64,000 nt of DNA from Gammaproteobacteria bacterium (GTDB lineage: Bacteria > Pseudomonadota > Gammaproteobacteria > Burkholderiales > JAHFRG01): positions 57,960 to 121,959 of the forward strand of contig JBGQCF010000003.1 in the NCBI GenBank assembly GCA_041495205.1, read 5' to 3'. The notes under the pieces are model-generated. The model did not search any database, was not told where the DNA came from, and worked only from the letters and a program-made list of their open reading frames with translations. How positions within the stretch are numbered: position 1 is the stretch's first letter; every line of letters starts with the position of its first letter. Of the stretch, positions 60,586-64,000 are shown in pieces. The position numbers were made by a program, and so were the translations under genes.

Positions 60586-61194
60586 TCATCGCTTGTCTAT
60601 ATTTCGTGTAAACCAATCAAGCAATTCGTCAATCAATCCATCACTGGCATCGGTCAGAGCTTTCACTGCGCCTTCGGCATTCGGTTTCGGCGCGTCGCGC
60701 TTGACGGTGAAGCTCTGCTGAGCAATTAACGCACCTTCGGGGCGCCGGATGAGACTTGCATGCAAGCGGATTAATCCATAGCTGGCTTGCTCCGAGTCAA
60801 ACACCTGGCTGAATTCCTGCAACTCCATGCGAACCAGATAATCGGCTTGCGCGCCCTCCCGGTTGTCGATTACCCCTTTTTCATTGACCGCTGCAATCCA
60901 TTGCCGCAGTCGCTGGCTGAGTAAAGCCGCCGGAGCCCCAACCCAGCGACTGTTTGCGTAGCTCCGCGATCGGGCGTCATTGGCGTAAGCGAGACGGTAA
61001 CTGATGTCGGTTGCATCGAGCCAGGAAGGCGCGGCAATGTCCGGGACGAGCAAGCCGGCGTTTATGCGCGGCGCCTCTACGGGGGGATGCCGCAGGCCAA
61101 AATCATAGACGGCGACGGGAGGTTTAGGCTGCGGCGCAAGCATGCAGCCGCCAAGCAAGCCCGCGACCAGGAAAGCGCAACAAGTCATCTTCAT
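60586..61194 (-). CDS. ABC-transport auxiliary lipoprotein (PqiC/DUF330-like)
   Basis: Lipobox LLGGC, about 200 aa, 4-nt overlap with the MCE gene upstream. Confidence 0.75.
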   Translation of the reverse strand: MKMTCCAFLVAGLLGGCMLAPQPKPPVAVYDFGLRHPPVEAPRINAGLLVPDIAAPSWLDATDISYRLAYANDARSRSYANSRWVGAPAALLSQRLRQWIAAVNEKGVIDNREGAQADYLVRMELQEFSQVFDSEQASYGLIRLHASLIRRPEGALIAQQSFTVKRDAPKPNAEGAVKALTDASDGLIDELLDWFTRNIDKR

Positions 61195-62144
61195 GGATGC
61201 CCGCTTTCTTTGGGTGGCGAAAAACCCGCCTCTCCCGGCCCCGGCAGAGGCAAGGGTCGCCCGAATACCAGGCTTTGAGGTTGTTCGCGAACTTCCGTCA
61301 CGAGTCCGTTCAGGTTGCGGGAGGTCCTGGAAAGGTCTCCGATCAAATCAGTGAGTTTGGGCAGCGTATCCATCAGCAATGCGTCGCCAGCCATTTTGGT
61401 TGTTCCGGCAAACTGGTCTGCACTTCTGGCGACGCGGTCCACCACCTTCATGCTTTCCTGGGCCTGCGCTGCCAGTTTGTCCAGATTGACGAGAAGCGCG
61501 TCTGCGCGCGTAAGAACCTGGCCGGATTTAGCGGAGAGCGAAGGCAGAGTCTTCAAGCTCGGTTCCAGCTCGTCGGCAAGCGAAGCGATACGGGCGGACG
61601 CGGTTTCGAGGCTGGCCAACGTCCGTCGCAATTGCCCCTGCGTTTCATCGTTGAGCGCAGTATTCACCCGCTTGGCAACTTCGTTTGCCGAGATAATCAA
61701 TTCCTGCGCGCTATCGCCCAGCTTGTCATAAATCGATGGGCGCACCTCGATCTTGCCCGGATGGTCGGAACTGGTCTGCAGGGGCTGGCGCTGCCGGCCA
61801 TCGTCGTCGAGCTGCACGTAGGAAAGCCCGGTAAGGCCCTGGTAAGCTAGCTGCGCATAGGTACCCTTCGTAACGGGAGTAGTGCCGTCGACGATGATAC
61901 GGATTAAAATTACCTGTGGATCGCCGGGATCGAACGCCACCGTATCAACCTTGCCTACCGTCACCCCGCGGAAGCGAACCTGCGCCTCCGGATTGAGACC
62001 CGAAACCGACGACCTGGAGACGAGGAGGTACGTGTTCTGCAGGACCGAGGTAGTGCCTTTAAACCAGAACGCCGTCGTAGCGATTGCCGCAGTGAGTACA
62101 AGTGTAAAGATGCCCGCCGCTAGGGCATAGGCGCGATTTTCCAT
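61191..62144 (-). CDS. MCE/MlaD-family protein
   Basis: N-terminal TM segment plus MCE domain (VRFRGVTVGKVDTVAFDP), long helical C-terminus. Confidence 0.85.
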   Translation of the reverse strand: MENRAYALAAGIFTLVLTAAIATTAFWFKGTTSVLQNTYLLVSRSSVSGLNPEAQVRFRGVTVGKVDTVAFDPGDPQVILIRIIVDGTTPVTKGTYAQLAYQGLTGLSYVQLDDDGRQRQPLQTSSDHPGKIEVRPSIYDKLGDSAQELIISANEVAKRVNTALNDETQGQLRRTLASLETASARIASLADELEPSLKTLPSLSAKSGQVLTRADALLVNLDKLAAQAQESMKVVDRVARSADQFAGTTKMAGDALLMDTLPKLTDLIGDLSRTSRNLNGLVTEVREQPQSLVFGRPLPLPGPGEAGFSPPKESGHP

Positions 62145-62183
62145 GATTGCTTCTCCTCAATAGAATGAAGCGTACTCGGCAAG

Positions 62184-62975
62184 CTAAACTTCCGCACGCA
62201 GGCTTTCGGCGGCATTGAGCGCAGACCGCCCCCGCTCACCGAGAAAGAAACTGCGAATAAACGGGTGGTCCTGCTTTATGAGCTCCTCAAGCGGCGCAAC
62301 GGCCACGAGATGTTGATCTGCGAGCATCGCAACCCGGTCGCTGAGCTCCGCAATCGTATGCAAATCGTGGGTCGCCATCACCACGGTCAGGTGAAGCTCC
62401 GCGCGCAGAGATTTAATCAATTTCACAAGACTTTCGCTGCGATCGGGATCCAGTCCCGCAGTAGGCTCGTCCAGAAACAGCAATTCAGGGTCAAGCGCAA
62501 TTGCGCGGGCGAGAGCAACGCGTTTTATCATGCCCCCGGAAAGTTCCTCCGGGAACTTGCGCGCATGCCCCGCTGCTATTCCAACCGAATCCAGTTTCAC
62601 CATGACCAAGTCATGAATGGTCGTTTCATCCAGAGTTCCCAGCTCGCGCAACGGCAATGCCACGTTGTCATAAACGCTGAGCGCACTGAAAAGCGCGCCT
62701 TCCTGGAAAAGCACGCCGCAGCGGCTTCGCATTTGCCGCACGGTGCCGGGGTCGGCCGTCTGCCACGACTGCCCGAACACACGAATCGTACCGCGCGCCG
62801 GTTTTTCCAGACCCAGCATTTGCCGCAGCAACACGGTCTTCCCGCTGCCCGATCCGCCCACAAGGGCGAATACTTCGCCGCAGCGGACGCACAGGTCAAT
62901 ATCCCGGTGAATCACGTTCTCGCCGAAGCGCGTCCACAATCCTTCCACTTCGATAATGCACTGTTGGTTTGTCAT
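62184..62975 (-). CDS. ABC transporter ATP-binding protein (MlaF-like)
   Basis: Walker A GGSGSGKT, signature LSGGMIKR, Walker B LLFLDEPT. Confidence 0.9.
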   Translation of the reverse strand: MTNQQCIIEVEGLWTRFGENVIHRDIDLCVRCGEVFALVGGSGSGKTVLLRQMLGLEKPARGTIRVFGQSWQTADPGTVRQMRSRCGVLFQEGALFSALSVYDNVALPLRELGTLDETTIHDLVMVKLDSVGIAAGHARKFPEELSGGMIKRVALARAIALDPELLFLDEPTAGLDPDRSESLVKLIKSLRAELHLTVVMATHDLHTIAELSDRVAMLADQHLVAVAPLEELIKQDHPFIRSFFLGERGRSALNAAESLRAEV

Positions 62976-64000
62976 CAGGTTCCTACATCGGAGAACAGGA
63001 CCGCGAAAACGGCGTCCGTAAGCATCACCATCGTAATCGAGGTAACGACCGAGCTGGTGGTGCCGACGGCCAGGCTTCTCGTATTGCGTTGGATTCTTAG
63101 TCCGAATTGGCAGGCAACGAGTCCGATCAGAACTCCAAACACCGCCGCCTTGCCTATCCCCAGCCAGAGATTGGCTATCGGGACAACGTCAGGCAGGCGG
63201 CTCAAAAAGTACCGGAAACCGATTTCCAGTTTGAATCCGGCTGCGACCATGCCGCCGAGCAGCGCGGCTGCATCGGTCCAAAGGACAAGCAAGGGCAGCG
63301 ACACCGCCAGCGCGATTACCTTGGGTAGTACCAGGCGCATGCTATGTGAAATGCCCATGACCGACAGCACATCCAGTTCCTGGGTAACCCTCATTACACC
63401 CAGCTGCGCGGTCATTGCGGAACCGGAACGGCCCGCCACCAGAATGGCGCCAAGCAAAGGGCCCAGTTCTCGAATAATGCTGATGCCCAGGATGTTGACG
63501 ATGTAAACGCCCGCTCCAAACAGCTGCAATTGTTCAGCGGACAGGTAACCGATGACAACCCCGATGAGGAAACCCACCAATGCGGTAATAGGCAGTGCCT
63601 GGGCGCCGGCATGGTAAATGTTTGCCGAAATTTCCCGCCAAGGCGCGCGTGACGGGTGTAACAGCAGATAGGCCACATCCAATACGAGTTGGCCGAGAAG
63701 CAGAACGATTGCATAAAGATAATCGATAAACGCAAGAGCTGATTGACCCGTGGTTACAAGCAGCGCGGTCAAATCGACCGGCTCTCGGTGTGGTGCAGCG
63801 CCGTGCACAGCGTCAAGCCGGGCGAAAAGTGCATCATGCTCCGGCCGTAAGCTGAGTTTTTCCGCACGGCGCTTACCCCAGGCTTCCCAGAGCACGCTTG
63901 CTCCCGCGCTGTCGAGGGAATCGATATTCTTCAAATCCCAGTGCAGGCGGTGATCCGCAGCGTAGGCCTCCAGCTGGGGGCGCAGGATGTTTAATTGCTT
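62975..64000 (-). CDS. MlaE-family permease with N-terminal STAS-like extension, 5' end outside window
   Basis: The frame stays open to nt 64000 (KQLNILRPQLEAYAADHRLHWDLKNIDSLDSAGASVLW...). The MlaE core includes IIRELGPLLGAILVAGRSGSAMTAQLG. Confidence 0.85.
   Translation of the reverse strand, partial: KQLNILRPQLEAYAADHRLHWDLKNIDSLDSAGASVLWEAWGKRRAEKLSLRPEHDALFARLDAVHGAAPHREPVDLTALLVTTGQSALAFIDYLYAIVLLLGQLVLDVAYLLLHPSRAPWREISANIYHAGAQALPITALVGFLIGVVIGYLSAEQLQLFGAGVYIVNILGISIIRELGPLLGAILVAGRSGSAMTAQLGVMRVTQELDVLSVMGISHSMRLVLPKVIALAVSLPLLVLWTDAAALLGGMVAAGFKLEIGFRYFLSRLPDVVPIANLWLGIGKAAVFGVLIGLVACQFGLRIQRNTRSLAVGTTSSVVTSITMVMLTDAVFAVLFSDVGT

Overview
Dense, mostly minus-strand chromosomal segment. 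Gene order looks beta-proteobacterial: ndk-rlmN-pilW-rodZ-hisS-yfgM-bamB-der-hfq-hflX-hflK-hflC-DUF2065-hisZ-purA, rnr-rlmB, and rpsF-priB-rpsR-rplI-dnaB. Many neighbouring genes overlap by 1-4 nt, which suggests translational coupling. Nt 1-18565 form a contiguous molybdenum/tungsten block. It holds a ModE/TunR-type regulator, a three-subunit tungsten-type aldehyde oxidoreductase operon (AorA/B/C plus a MoaD-like carrier), moaA, moeA, a 10-gene periplasmic formate dehydrogenase operon with uncharacterised accessory genes, fdhD and mobA. A selenium module follows at 25-28 kb: selD and selU head to head, with selU coupled to an ArnD-like protein whose catalytic residues appear replaced. The right third (51-64 kb) looks more accessory. 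It carries TPR, MAPEG, HemD-like, SLOG (Moco-carrier-like) and PEBP genes, a csp plus RRM pair, a GC-rich TRAP transporter next to a MatB-like ligase, and an Mla/Pqi-type lipid-transport operon that runs off the window. I found one tRNA-Leu(CAG), one decayed ybjQ-like pseudogene, a few hairpins and short repeats, and no CRISPR, IS element, integrase, phage or recognisable defence genes. I therefore do not see a clear-cut new system. The best candidates for unexplained biology are the cytoplasmic Fe-S/DUF3305/DUF3306 module and micro-proteins of the FDH operon, the selU-coupled ArnD-like pseudoenzyme, and the AOR operon with its internal palindrome. All family assignments come from motif reading of the supplied translations, not from database searches.
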